From Narcine bancroftii (lineage: Eukaryota), in assembly GCF_036971445.1 (NCBI RefSeq), contig NC_091479.1:99882001-99946000 (forward strand): 64,000 nt of DNA, given 5' to 3'. The notes below the pieces were generated by a model that did not search any database, was not told the DNA's origin, and saw only the letters and a program-made list of their open reading frames with translations. Positions 38,005 through 51,034 of the stretch are shown in pieces (the stretch's first letter is position 1; every line of letters begins with the position of its first letter). The translations under genes and the position numbers were made by a program.

Positions 38005-41000
38005 ATTTACACGGTCACATTTCATCAGTCTCACAGCCTGTGGGAAGAAGCTATTTCCCAGCCTGGCAGTCTTGATTCTGATGTTCCTGTACTCTGTCAT
38101 GATGGTTTGGGGGAATCAAAGGTATTGTGCGATGGATTGAGCCCTCTTCAGACAGCACTTTATGAATTAATGTACTATCACACTCCATGATATGGAAAAG
38201 TAAATGCTATGAAATACCCCAGGCTGAGAAACAGCAGTGAGAATGCTGAACGACCAAAGGAACTGCTCACAATAACCGTCCGAGACTCTCATATTCATGA
38301 AACAATATCTATTTATTTATTTGTATATATGAAGATTTGTCCTCCATGCACATTGTGTGTTATGTCTGGTTGTGTGTCTGCATGTTTTACAGCGAGGACG
38401 GGAGAACGCTGTTTCATCGGGTTGTACTTGTACAATCAGATGACAAAAAACTTGACTTGAACTTGAATCAGGTTCAAGAACAATTTCTTTCCAACAGTTA
38501 TCAGCCTCTTGAACCTCTTATTACACTAATCAGGCACTGTTCCGACATGATAAAAAGACTGCCTGCACTCTTGCAAAGTCACTTTTGCATGAGGAGAACC
38601 ATGAATATTTATCATCTATATTTATTGTTTCTTTTGAATCTAATTAAGTATACTATTGTAGTTTTTTCTTTACAAAGTACCTGTTAGGTGGAAGCAAGCA
38701 AGAATTTCAATGCATATGCATAAATGTATGGCAATAAACTCACTATCATTATTAATCCTTGCCCTTCTTTTCTGACTGTGAACCAGAGACCCAATGGGAC
38801 TAGATTTTCTCCCTGGAGTTGAGAAATCCCTGGGGTCTGATCCTCCTCCTGAGGTATTGAGCTGAGAAATCTGGGCTGGCATTGATGTGCATTGCTGAAC
38901 GAGAGCTGCACTGCCAGTGGTCCCTTTCTCTCAAGCAAGTTTCAATCAAGAACCTTTGTGAATTGTGGTTATAAATGTCCTGCTGCAGCCTGATGAAGAG
39001 AAGCAGATGCATTATCTCTGAACCCTTCTACCCAATGGGCCAGCCGCTGCCTTGTTGGAGAGGCATTGCCACTTTCATGGGCCTTGTAGAAGACCTCTTT
39101 GGTGGCAGGAGGTAGATTTGCAGCACAGAAAAAGGACTTTCAGCCCATCTAGTCTGTGCCGAACTCTTATTCTGCCTAATCCCCCTGACCTTTTACCCTG
39201 TCTAAATCCTGCCATACCCCTCCCACCCATGTACCTGTCCAGATTTTTCTCCAACCGAAAAAAATCACCACTTCAGCTGGAGTGTTCCACACCCCACAAC
39301 TCTCTGAGGGAAGAAGTCCCCCCTCATGTTGCTCTTTCACCCTGAACCCACGTCCTCTTGTTTGTGTCTCACCTGCAGAAACTTTGAATATGCAAAAGGC
39401 CATTCAGCCCACTGTGACTGCGTTGGTTAAAAATAATCAGCCCAGCTTGCTCCAACCTTCCCCAAGCACAGGGGCTGAGGCTCTGCAGCTCACGGCACTT
39501 CGAATGGGAAGCACATTGATACAACAGTGGCCTTCCAGATGCAGAGGGCCTGGTCCGATCCTGACCCTGGGCACCGTCAGTGTGGAGTTTGCATGTGCTC
39601 CTTGTGATTGCCTGAGTTTCCACTGGGTGTTCCTGTTACCTCCCGCGCCCCAAAAGAGTTCAGGTCAGGACAATAATTGGCCACTCTAAATAGCTCCTCG
39701 TAATTAGTTGAGTGGTGTCAAATCTTGTGGGGCTGGGGAGGGCTTGAAAGTCATAAAGAGTGTGGAAAGACCATTTGGCCCAACTTACACATGCTAACCA
39801 CCCACACTACTCCCACTGCCTGCATTTGGCCCATATCCCTCTTTACCCATCATATCTGCATATCCGTCAAATGCTTCTTAATCATTACAATAATCCCTGC
39901 CTCAATCACCTCCTCCGGCAGCCTGTTTCACACACACACACACCCTCTGTGTAAAAAAAAGTTACCCCTTGGTTTTCTGCTAAATTTCCTCCCCTCCCCA
40001 ATGTCCTCTGGTTACCAATTCCCTTACTCTCAATGGTAACATGGAGAGGAATTTTAAAAAGTGGGGATCATTGCAAATGCGGTTATTCATTGTTTCCTGC
40101 AGTGTGACTCTGTTTAAAGGTGATGAGATCCTGCCCACGCCTCCTCTCCCAACTCTCAGGTCCAGAGCCCACTGTCCTTGTGAAAAGAGAACACTCATAG
40201 AACATTACAGCACAGTACAGACCCTTCAACCCCTGATGTTGTGCCGACCTACGGCAACGGCTCCAGTAACTTCAACTCTGAGCAATCACAGATCGAAGAG
40301 TACGTTAAAGATGCAGTTTTGTTGTAAGTGTTGGGGTTGGTGATAGAACATTCCAACACAGCCCTTCGGTCTACGACACTGTGCTGACCTACGTAAACCT
40401 ACTCCAGAACAATCTAATCCTTCCCTACCTCACACCCATAATCCTCTATTTTTCTTGCCTAAGAATTCTTTAAATGCCCCTATTGTACCAGCCTCCAGCA
40501 CTCCTGGGAATCTATTCCAGGCACCCACTACTCTCATCCACATCTCTCCTCTACTTTCACCCTGCCCTGGGAAACAGGAACTTATTATTTTCTCTATTTG
40601 GACCCTCATAATGTTCTGCAGGTCATTCTAGATTCCCTCAACTGCTCCCTTCCAAAGGTTAAAAAGTCAACATTTCCAATCTTCACCCGTTGCTAAGACA
40701 TTCCAATCTCAGCATCGCTTGCAAATCTCCTCTGCATCCTCTCCTCTGTACGGTCTCTGGCCTGTAGCCACAGTGACTGCTGAGTTAGACGCCCAGCTCC
40801 GATTCACTTCACTGGTTGGGAGTGTGATTCAGGCAGAATCACCACAATGGTTATTAATAGAGCTTTCTACCGATACTGCAGCCTATTTTCTTACACTAAT
40901 TTCTCCTTCCAAAAAGTTGGCAAGAATTGTTCCTGAGTTGGAAAAATGTATTGGAAACTTGGCTTCACAGTTGGCTTGCAATATATCTGAAATTATCCTG

Positions 41001-41127
41001 AGGTTTCACATTGCTGGCTCTGTGCTAGCACAAAGACCCCGTGGCAGAAGAGTAGCATATAAACTTATGCCAGCATTTACTAACCTTTCCTAGCCCCAGA
41101 GAGCAACTAACATTCTCAATTCAACAG

Positions 41128-41810
41128 GGGGCACAGTGAGGTGGGGTACAGGTTCAAACAGTGGTGTGGGGGTACAGTCCGTACCCACAGAGTCAGAGAC
41201 CCAGGTTCAAAGAGTGGTGTGGGGTTACAGTCCATACCCACCGTGTCAGTGGCCCGGGTTCAAACAGTGGTGTGGGGGTACAGTCCGTACCCACAGAGTC
41301 AGAGACCCAGGTTCAAACGGTGGTGTGGGGGTACAGTCTGTACCCATCGTGTCAGTGGCCCGGGTTCAAACAGTGGTGTGGGGGTACACTCCATACCCAC
41401 CGTGTCAGTGGCCCGGGTTCAAACAGTGATGTGGGGGTACAGTCTGTACCCATCGTGTCAGTGGCCCGGGTTCAAACAGTGGTGTGGGGGTACAATCCAT
41501 ACCCATTGTGTCAGTGGCTCGGGTTCAAACAGTGGTGTGGGGGGAGAGACCTTTTGGCATTTGCACATTTTCCCTTGGATCAGGTGGGTTGATTCTGGAT
41601 GGCCCAGTTCCCCTGACACGTGGACAACGTGCAGTTTGGGAGGTACGTGCAGTTTGGGAGGTTAATTACCACTGTAAATCACCCCTGATCTGCAAGTGAG
41701 TGGAGGAATCTGAGGGTTGATTATTGGAATTGGGGAGAATGTCGGGTTAGTGTGTGGGCGGTTCAATGCACTCAGTGAGGAGAAGGGCCTGTTTCTGGCC
41801 TGCATCTCTC
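41128..41810 (+). mobile_element. V-SINE-like element hosting the 53-bp array
   Basis: A-box-like ggggcacagtg start; body ttgcacattttccc...gtgggtt; CR1-like tail gaagggcctgtttct. Internal 18-bp duplication at 41627-41662. Confidence 0.7.
41151..41543 (+). repeat. 53-bp tandem array (7 full units plus 1 partial) inside a tRNA-derived SINE
   Basis: ggttcaaa recurs at 41151, 41204, 41257, 41310, 41363, 41416, 41469 and 41522. Confidence 0.95.
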
Positions 41811-44800
41811 TCCACCTGCACACTGATCCTTCCGCCCCCTTTCAAAGTAGCCCGCCTGTGGTTATCACGAGGTGCAGTCCAACCACAAAACGGCAAATTA
41901 TTTGGGCACAGCAAACCACAAGGCAACAGCAGCAAATGCCATGAACACTCAACAGATCAGACAGCCTCCGTGGAAGGAGAAACAGCTTCTGCTTCAGCTT
42001 GAAGACCCTTCAGTTTCTCCCTGCACGGATGCTGCCTGACCTCTCGAATATTCCCGGCACTTTTTTTTTTAAATTTCAGGTTTCCAACGACTGCAGCCTC
42101 TTGCATTCCTGAGAATATTACAACAGAACATTCATTTCTTCCTCTGTGAGTGACGCTGGGTGGGGAGGATTGTGATTTATCAAACTCTGCAACCATTTAG
42201 AGCCTCGCTCCTCTGATGAGCTGCGAGAGATGGAACATAATGATCAGTGTGTTGTAAAACTGCCCATGCTTGCAATCTTCGTTCTTTTTCAAGTGGTGTT
42301 GCGATACATCACAACTCTGTGTCTCCAATCAGTTCATACACCTTCCATTAGATCTAGTACAACCAGCCACTGATAACTATCTCATGGTTAGCACAGCAGT
42401 TAGTGCTATTTACAGTGATTCAGCTTCGAATCTGGCACTGTCTGTTAGGAGTTCTCCCTGTGTTTACCTGGGCTTCCTCTGGATGATCCAGTTTGCTCCA
42501 ACCCTCCAAATGTACGGAGGTTGCAGGTCAATTGGGGTGTAATTGGGCGGCACATGTTTTAAATGGTCGGATTCAGCTTCTACCATGCTGTCAATAAAAT
42601 TTAAGTAACTCCTTCTCCCTCCTTAAAGCGAGCAGTTCCTAATGACTTGCCTGACTGAGCTTAGCTCTGATGTTGCGATACATGCGATGGACCAGCTTCA
42701 TTCTCAGTTTCCTCCCCAAGGCATTTCTCTTTGCAGTTAAACCCAACCCATTGTCTTGAAAGCTAGAAATACCAATGTTTACGCACTCACCGTACTGACG
42801 TCATTTCCTCACCAAAGAATGACATGGAATTGACAGCTGAGAAACAGGTGTTTGTTTCCCAAATGAACTCCTATCACACCACGATGTCTCACCCTTTTAT
42901 CTCAGTCCCCCTTCAAGTGTTCAGTTCAATTTCCCTTCAAGGCATCTCTTCCAATGACCTAAACTACTCATTCAAGTTCCAGTTTATTATCGTCGGCCTG
43001 TATGTATACGACCTGACGAAACAGCATTTCTCCACACCACAGAGCACAACCATTATAGTTTATTTTTACAAAGACCTGTTTGGCTGTAGCAATAAAAAAT
43101 TTTGGTGCATATGTGGTTAGTGTTTGTAAGTAGTTTGTACATTCTCCTGGTGTTCATGTGGGATTCCTCCAGGTGCTCTGGTTTCCTGTCACCTTTCAAA
43201 AATGTACGGGTTATAGGTTAATTCGGGTATTTGGGCACCACAGGCTCGTGAGCCAGAAGGGCCTGTAACCGTGTTGCCTGTCTACATTTGTTAAAAAAAA
43301 ATTAAAAATTGTACAATGTGTATGACAATAAACTCATTATTGTTATAATTGTTAAGTTGCACATTAAATAATTACTGATTTTTTTGTATCTACACAGTTT
43401 GTTTAAATTTTACTTTTTATTTATGTGTCCTTTTCCTGACTACAGTTTACACTATGATGAGTTTAAATTCTGCTTGGCCCACAGAATCTCAGGGATGTAT
43501 GTGATATCATTTCAAGATTTTTTTATTGTCATGTAATCAAACAATATGTAATATTACACGAAATTTCCTTTAACCTACCGTAAGGCAGACAAATATTCTC
43601 CATCAAAAGAAATTGCCCAGCGCCCCTTACAGTCAGAGAAAGAGAAGCAAAAGAGCCCCCCCCAGAGTCACTGAGTGCCCATGGTTTTGCCTCCAGCCTC
43701 CGCAGCCACACATGTATATACTCTGACAAAAAGATTTAACTCGAACTTGAAATCATTTCGTCACACAAAAAGACTTCATCAGGTTAAAGAAAGTATCCCC
43801 TCACTAAGTAACTTGAAGGGTCCCTTCACCAAGCTACAACCACATCCAGCGTGCCATCGATGCTACTAACCCAGCCGATTTGAACTTCCAGCCTCCTCTG
43901 AAGCAGGAGGCACTTTGGGGCAGTGGTGGCAACAGCTGAGCTCCAAATAGGCTGCCAATACCCAACACCACCCCCAGTGAGTGCAAGCAGCACTTTCCTG
44001 GTTCATTATAATCGCGTTAGCAAGTTATGGTACAGTGGATGTCCAATGGGGCAGAACTCTCAACTTCTGTATATGTAAGCAAAGCCCTGAAACTGCCCTC
44101 AGTTCAAGTACAACAAAGAGACACAAACCCTGTGCTCCACCTTGGTGGCTGTTACACCCCTCTGTTTTATAGTCCCTTTTGTCAGTGTTCTGTATTTATA
44201 GAAGTAAGTCCATCACATTTACCATGATCAGCATTTATTTAGCCCTGACGCCAGCAGGGAACTGGCACTATTAAACCCCAACCTTATTCCTGGACCGAGA
44301 CAGACACAGCAGGCTGCAATGTAAATTTTAACCTCTACTCAGGTCCTTCGATGGAAGCACAGAGGCTTCTTGTGGAGTGATTCAGAGCAGGACGAGGGAT
44401 CAATCACCTCATTGTGAGCACTGTTTCTTCATAGCCCTAACCTTCCCATAACCGAGCACAACAGATTCACAATGGGACTCCAGGTGCCCTGTCCCGAGAT
44501 TGCCACCTTGACAACGACCTTCATTAAGCTTGGGGTTGTGAGTCTCCACCAAGGGCTCAGGCCCGAAACGTCAGTAATATACCTCTACATCCTATGGATG
44601 ATGTGAAACAGGCTGATTTTCTCCAGCATTTCTGTGGCTTTGTCACCTACTAAAATCCAACCTGATGTGATAAAAATGGAGACCGAACCTTTCCAGAGTT
44701 AGAATTACATTATTTCAGGTCAGACAGAATTGTCAGGCAGAGAAGCACAAATGGCAGATGTTGAACTCTGAAACTCTGAGATACTCAGCAGGTCAGCAGT

Positions 44801-44949
44801 ACCCATGTGGAGGAATGGTCATTTAACGTTTTGGGTCAGGTCCCTCTATCAAAGTGAGCAAATGCATGTTTCTGTAGTCCCCATCTAAAGTTCTTCTGAA
44901 GGATCTGTGTCCTGAAATGTTAACCCTGTTTCTCTACCTGGTCAGACGG

Positions 44950-45360
44950 AGACCACCTGCAAATTGGAGGAACAACACCTCATCTTCCAACCGGATGGCA
45001 TTAACATCGACTTCTCTGCCTTTCATTAAACCCAGCGCCCCACCCCGCCCCTTCCCCACCCCACCCAACCTTCTTTCCTCGTCGCCTTGTCCCAGGACTG
45101 TCTCTCTCCCTTTCCCCTTTGTCTCCTTTCATGAAGCCGAAATCAATTCTCACCTTTCCTCTTATCATATCCAATTTGCACCCTTTGTTTGTTGGTCTGG
45201 ACTCCTCCCCCAGCTAACACTGTCTTTATTGTGAACATTCTATTCTTTGCTTATTCCTTAAGGAAGGGCTCAGGCCCGAAATGTCAGTAACATATCTTTA
45301 CCTCCTATGGACACTGCAAGACCGGCTGAGTTCCTCCAGTGTTTCTGTGTGTTTTTACTC
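44950..45360 (+). mobile_element. Penelope-like element 3' end
   Basis: KLEEQHLIF..QPDGINIDFS remnant, then a pyrimidine-rich tract and the gaagggctcaggcccgaaa terminal motif. Confidence 0.82.
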
Positions 45361-45404
45361 AACCTGACCTGATCTGCTGAGAACTTCCAGCTCTTTCTGT
45401 TTAA

Positions 45405-45610
45405 ACTTAAATTGAGACACATGGCTGCCCAATAACACCCAATTGACCTAAAACCTCGGTACGCTTTTTTGAATGGTTGGAGGAAATCTGAACCCCCGCG
45501 GAAAACCCACACAGAAAATGACAGAACATGCAAACTCCTTTACAGACAGCACGGGATTTGAACCCCAGTACTAATTGCTGGCGCTGAAACAGGCTTGCGC
45601 TAACCTTGCA
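45405..45610 (-). mobile_element. V-SINE (HE1-like)
   Basis: Reverse-complement family match (caaactcctttacagacagcacgggatttgaacccc). Confidence 0.78.
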
Positions 45611-48600
45611 AATGTAACGCTCATGTTATTGGTGAGGTAAAGAGGAAACTGTGGTAACCAGTGAAGGCACCTTGAGTTAATGTAGAAACCCTTCAGATTA
45701 CCTGAAAGGACAACTCTGTTTCTCTTCCCACAGGCGCTGCCTGACCTGTTGAACTTTTCTGACACTCTTTGTTTTTACATCTAAACATTAAAAGCGGGCA
45801 ACGGTAAAAGTGACCGTCATAAGCTGTCAGATTTTAAGACAATAAACATAGGAGCAGAAATAGGCCATTCAGCCCATTGAGTCTACCCGACCATTTAATC
45901 ATGAGCTGATCCAGTTTCCCACTCAGCCCCACTGCCCATCCTTCTCCCCATAACCTATCAATCTCTGCCTTAAATATATCCACTGACCTGGGCTCCACAG
46001 ATTCACCATCCCCTAGCTGAAGAAATTCCTCCACATTTCTGTTCTAAACTGACACCCTTCAATCTTGAAGCTGTGCATCTTGTTCTAGACTCTCCCACTA
46101 GGGAAAAAAAACCTTTCTACATCTACTCTGTCCATACCTTTCAACATTCAAAATGTTTCAATGAGATTTCCCTCCCCCCCCCCCCCCCACCCCATTCTCC
46201 TAAATTCCTACAAGTCCAGGCCAAAAGCTGTCAAATGCTCTTCATATGATAACCCTTTCTTTCCTGGAATTATCCTCATGAACCTCTTAAAAAACTCCAG
46301 CCAGCTGCCAGAAGGGAAGGGACCAGTTCCAACAATGGGTGGATCTCATGACCATCTTACCTTGGTCACCTTGGGTCCCAGCAGGGAAAACTGAGAAAGA
46401 GGAAACCACCTCTGCCCAAAAAGGCCACAATTCCAGGTATAATCATCTAAACCTTCAGACATTGAACGAACATCTCATGGAACGACAAGCAAACCAGAGC
46501 AACTATTAATTTATTTTTAAACGAAGGGAGGAAAGTTTAGGAGGGACGTCAAGAGTAATTTTTTTTCTTACACAGAGAGTTGTGGGTGCCTGGAATGCCT
46601 TTCCAGGGGTGGTGGTGGAGGCTGAAACATTAGGGGCATTTAAGAGACTCTTAGACAGGCTCACGGATGAAAGAAAGAAAAATAGAGGCTTACGATGTTG
46701 AAAGGGTTTCGTTTTTTTAATGGTAGGAATATATAGGTCAGCACAACATTGAGGGCCGAAGGGCCTGCACTGTGCTGTAGTATATGATCTGTGCTGTGAT
46801 CTATGATTAATTTGATTTTACAATTACTGTTGTGTACACTAAGTCTTATTTTAGTGAAGTACATTCCCCGAAAAATTTTTTTACTGCTTCTTATGGCTTT
46901 TAACCAAAAGAACAGAAGTTTCTTCGGCGAAAGGAGTTTGTACGTCCTCACTGTGTGGGTTTCCTCTGGGGGCTCCAGTTTCCAGTCACCCTTCAAAACT
47001 TATGGGGTTAATAGGTTAATTGGTCACATGGGTGAAATTGGGTGGCGTGGGCTCGTGAGCTGAAAGGTCCTAATACTGTGCTATAAATCTAAAAAATTCA
47101 TTTGTAATTTCTCTAACCTGGGAGGCGGCGTACTGGCCTGCCTGTGTGTGTCACACAGGGTTCCCATTATGTTCTACTTTGACAATATCTACCGTCAGGT
47201 AATGTCAAAAAACCAGGAATCCAAACAAGAGGGCAGAGTGTATTCTGCAGATGATAATGGTTCAAATCTGAGAGTAAAATAGTAGAGATAATGCAGCAAT
47301 CAGGGACTGCGCTGGCCTCATGGATATCCAGCACTCCTTCCCTTTCTCGTTGTCCTGTAAACGTCTTGTAGGAACGCTGAATCTCTTAATTTGAATGAAC
47401 TGTTGGAAAATGGCTTATCTGAGAGTTGTTGTGAATATCCTACTGCAGTGAGTAGGCAGCCAAAATAAAATAGAAAATGCTGCAAAAAGACCCAGCAGGT
47501 CAGGAGAAAGAGCAAACGCCAATGTTTCATGTTTCTGGCCCATCAACCGAACTGGGAAAGCCATAGATGCTGGTTAGTTTTCAGTGGGAGAGGTGGATGG
47601 GTGATGGGCTGTTCAAAGGAAATGTCTGTGATAGGACGCAATGAAATGGCATAAACTAGCTGGCCATTTACACTAATCCTACATTAATCTCCTTTTTTAT
47701 AAATCGTCCCATGTTCTAGATATGCCAACATCACCAAATCCAGGAATTATTATATATTTTTTTTATATCATCGCCCTCTATGCTACATAAATGCAAGTTC
47801 TCATAACATATATATAAAAAGGAAGGGATAACAATTTTTTGGAGTTGATTTATTTGGAACTGTTTGCTATCTGGGTTTCGCGTCGAAGTTGTGCTGAGAT
47901 CAGTGTTGTGTTAACGGTGCAGCAGACACTGAAACAACATAGGAGGTGCAGCAGGCTGGAAGAGAGGCTCACTGCCACCCATTTTGCCTTGAGCTGCAGA
48001 TATCTGAAGCACACAAAGACACATTGATTCGTCCTTCGGGCAGTTCTACATCTCTTGAGATGGCTCATGCTCCAATGATCGAAATATAGAGATTCAGCTT
48101 TCACTTTTAAAAAAATTGCTTCGTTTACCAGTAAACCAGTCGCTGAACGTTGAATACCCGTCTTCGAGGTATAGGGGCCGGTGAGTTTTCTCTTAATGTC
48201 AGGACCTCCATGTTACGAGGCCATTTGTCAGCCACATTGTTACTGAGAAGGGATAGACAACATCATGCTCCAACAATGAGCCAATTCTTCATTCGATTTT
48301 TATGAGGCCTCTTCAGTGGTTTTAGATTGTGCTTAGGTTTCCAAGCTGAGATGGCAGCCACACTGTGAACGAAGCCCTGAAATGGTTCCTGCTTCAATAG
48401 GCTGGGTTGGTACAATCATTTATTTACCTCAAGATACTCCACCAGGGCTGACGGCTAAAGGACGCTGGCTTTGAGCTCCTGTGGCTTCTTGCTAGGTTAA
48501 GAGGACATCAGGAGTGACTTCTCAGCGTGGGATGGGAATATATTCCCAATGCAATGACTCATTCTCCACAGTTGTCTGGAAAACCAAATTCCTGAAGTGT

Positions 48601-48699
48601 CACTACCTCTGGCCATGGGTGAAGTGGGAAAGAAAGGAAGGGTTCAGATAACTTGCTCATCGTTACACCATTGGGAGCCAATAACTCCTGGAAGAGGCC

Positions 48700-49048
48700 A
48701 GTACAGGTGGATTGGATAGACTGGCTTGTGGGAACCAGGTGTCAGAGCTGGGATCTGAGAAGGTGCTGAGGGCAAGAAGGGCTCCCGAGGGGCCTCGGGC
48801 CCTGAAGGCTTCCTGATCATGCGAGAGGTTCGGATCTGGAGCTCGGGTTGCCAATGGATCGAACAGGAGTCTGTGCGGACACCCAGTGCCTCTGAAGGGT
48901 CTCTCTTTCAGCTCTCTTTCTCTCTTACTGTAAAGGGCACTGAGCAACACTAATGGTGCCTCCTTATATGCCTTATGACAGGTAGAAGGCAATTTCGTGT
49001 AATATTACATGTTTGGTAGCATTACATGACAATAAAGGAATCTTGAAT
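48700..49048 (+). repeat. Unclassified dispersed repeat with LINE-like tail (antisense copies at about 21030-21420, 43515-43710 and 53610-53980)
   Basis: Three copies share the core ctccagatcygaacctc...caggaagcc...gccctcagcacc. Tail attacatgacaataaaggaatcttgaa. Confidence 0.7.
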
Positions 49049-49137
49049 ACAGGATTGAGGTATGCTGGCTTTTATAGGTTGTGGCACAGGGACGCAATTT
49101 AGTCCCCTAGTTTATTTTGGGCCCTAATTAAAGTTTG

Positions 49138-49450
49138 GGCAGAAGGTACAAAAGCCTGAAGACCAACACCTCGAGGTTCAAGAACAGTTTCTTTCCAACA
49201 GCTATCAGGCTCTTGAACTTCCCCTTGTTATACTCACGAGGGACTGCTCTGATACTACAAAGGACTATCCGCACTATTTCTAAATCACTTTTATTTGTGC
49301 TAGGGTAACGATGAATATTTATTATCTATCTTTTTTTTGTATATATTGTCTTTGTAATTCAATTGTAGACTTGTGTCACCTTTTTGTACGAAGTACCTGT
49401 TCAGTCACAGCAAGTGAGAATTTCAGTGTACAATGTGCATGACAATAAAT
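49138..49450 (+). mobile_element. Rex1/Babar-type LINE 3' fragment
   Basis: ggcagaaggtacaaaagcctgaagacc...ttcaagaacagtttcttt (GRRYKSLKT..RFKNSFFP). Confidence 0.72.
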
Positions 49451-49451
49451 A

Positions 49452-49710
49452 TGGGGTGGCATGGTTAGCATAGGGAGTGAGCACAACGCTGGTACAGCAC
49501 CAACGACCCAGGTTCGAATCCACCGCTGTCTGGCAGGAGTTTGTACATTCTCCCTGTATCGCCATGGGTTTCTTCCGGGCGCTCCAGTTTCCTCTCAACT
49601 TCCAAAGGCGTACGGGGTTAGTAGGTTAATTTGCTATGTGGGTGTATTTTGGCGGCGTGGGCTTGTGGGCCGGAAGGGCCTGTTAACGTGCTGCATCTCT
49701 CAATTAAAAA
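49452..49710 (+). mobile_element. V-SINE (HE1-like)
   Basis: ggggtggcatggttagcatag...ggttcgaatcc...gggcctgttaacgtgctg. Confidence 0.85.
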
Positions 49711-51034
49711 ACCCATTGGTATCATCAGTTTTACAAAACAATTGGACTGCTGGGTGCAGTTCTGGTGACCACGGAGAGGTTGAGATCGTACTGGAGGGAA
49801 TGCAATAGTATGGCCTCTATCTCAGAGCTTTAGTAAGGGGGACGGGGTGGGGGGGGGGGGAGGGGGGGAAAAAGAGGCTGTGTCGGCTGAGTTTGCTTTC
49901 CCTGGAGCCAAGGAGGCGGAATCTCCTGATAGAGATATACAAGGTGATGAGAAGGAATAATAAGTTAGCTTGTTAAAAACCTTTTTCCTTTGGTAGGGAG
50001 GAGATATCCAGGAGGAGATAGGTTTAAGGTGAGAGGTAAGAATTTTAAAGAGGATCGGTGGCAGAAGTATTTTTTTTTTACCCAGTTAGTAACATCTGGA
50101 ACTCAATGCCAGAGGAGGTGGTGGAATCGGACACAATGACTACATTGAAGAAACATTTGGAAGGCACTTAAATTGGCACGGTACAGAAGGAAACAGACAA
50201 AGAGGATTAGTGTAGGTGGGCAGAACTTTTGAAATGCTGAGCAACTTCTACGTCGTGGCAGTTATTAGATTTTAAAAATGCCAGTAGAAAATAAATATCG
50301 GCGCTGCTAGGACTGGTGTAACGGCAGCGGTGTCGCTGGTGTGGGGGCCCCAGAGAGTGGAGACACAGCAGGCAGAAGGAAGTTTTGTGTAATAGTACAT
50401 GTCCTGTTCCATTACACGACAATAAAAGAACCTTGACTCAATTTATTGTCTGTAAAGCAGGTCCTTTTGGAGGTTGCGAGAGTTTTGAATGATAATATCA
50501 GAATGTAAATCTTCCTTTCTCCCATGTAAAAGAGTGAGATTGAACTAAGTTAAAGGTACTGCTCTGGCTGAAAGTCAAGGTTCAAATTTCTGGAATCCGT
50601 TAACTTGTGGAAAGAGTCAATCTCCATTCAAGTGTTAATTTCCAAAATTTAATGCTTTCACCCCATCTGTGACAGGAGGACTAACCAGGCAATTGAACAT
50701 GCTTACAACTCATTTGTCAAATGCTTTGGCCAGTTGGCAACTCCCTGCTCTCATTCTTACCCAGCACCACAGAGAGCTCCACTCAAAATGGTCTTGAAAG
50801 ATGGCTCGTAAAGTACAAGGCCAAAAGGACCTCAACTCTGATGTTTAAACAAGCAATGGAGTGTGTCTGAAACAGCTCCAACCCACTATTTCACTGCCTT
50901 TTCTGTTATTGATGCCAATACCCTAGTTACAGAAACCAAGATTCATTGAATCCCTCAGTCCAGGTGTTGGGCCTTTTGACCTCACAGATCAGTCTCTTTT
51001 CAGTGCTCGTTTTACACACCCCAACAATTCGTTT

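Noticed and set aside
38930-39012. Possible CHST11 exon 2 (LQQDIYNHNSQ resembles LQELYNPIQ)
   Set aside because: No CCRKG motif and no in-phase GT donor; chance resemblance.
41151-41543. CRISPR array
   Set aside because: The apparent spacers are near-identical to each other, there are no cas genes, the context is vertebrate, and the unit derives from a SINE head.
41136-41665. Repetitive ORFs (97-174 aa)
   Set aside because: By-products of a stop-poor 53-bp tandem repeat; the same peptides cycle through all three frames.
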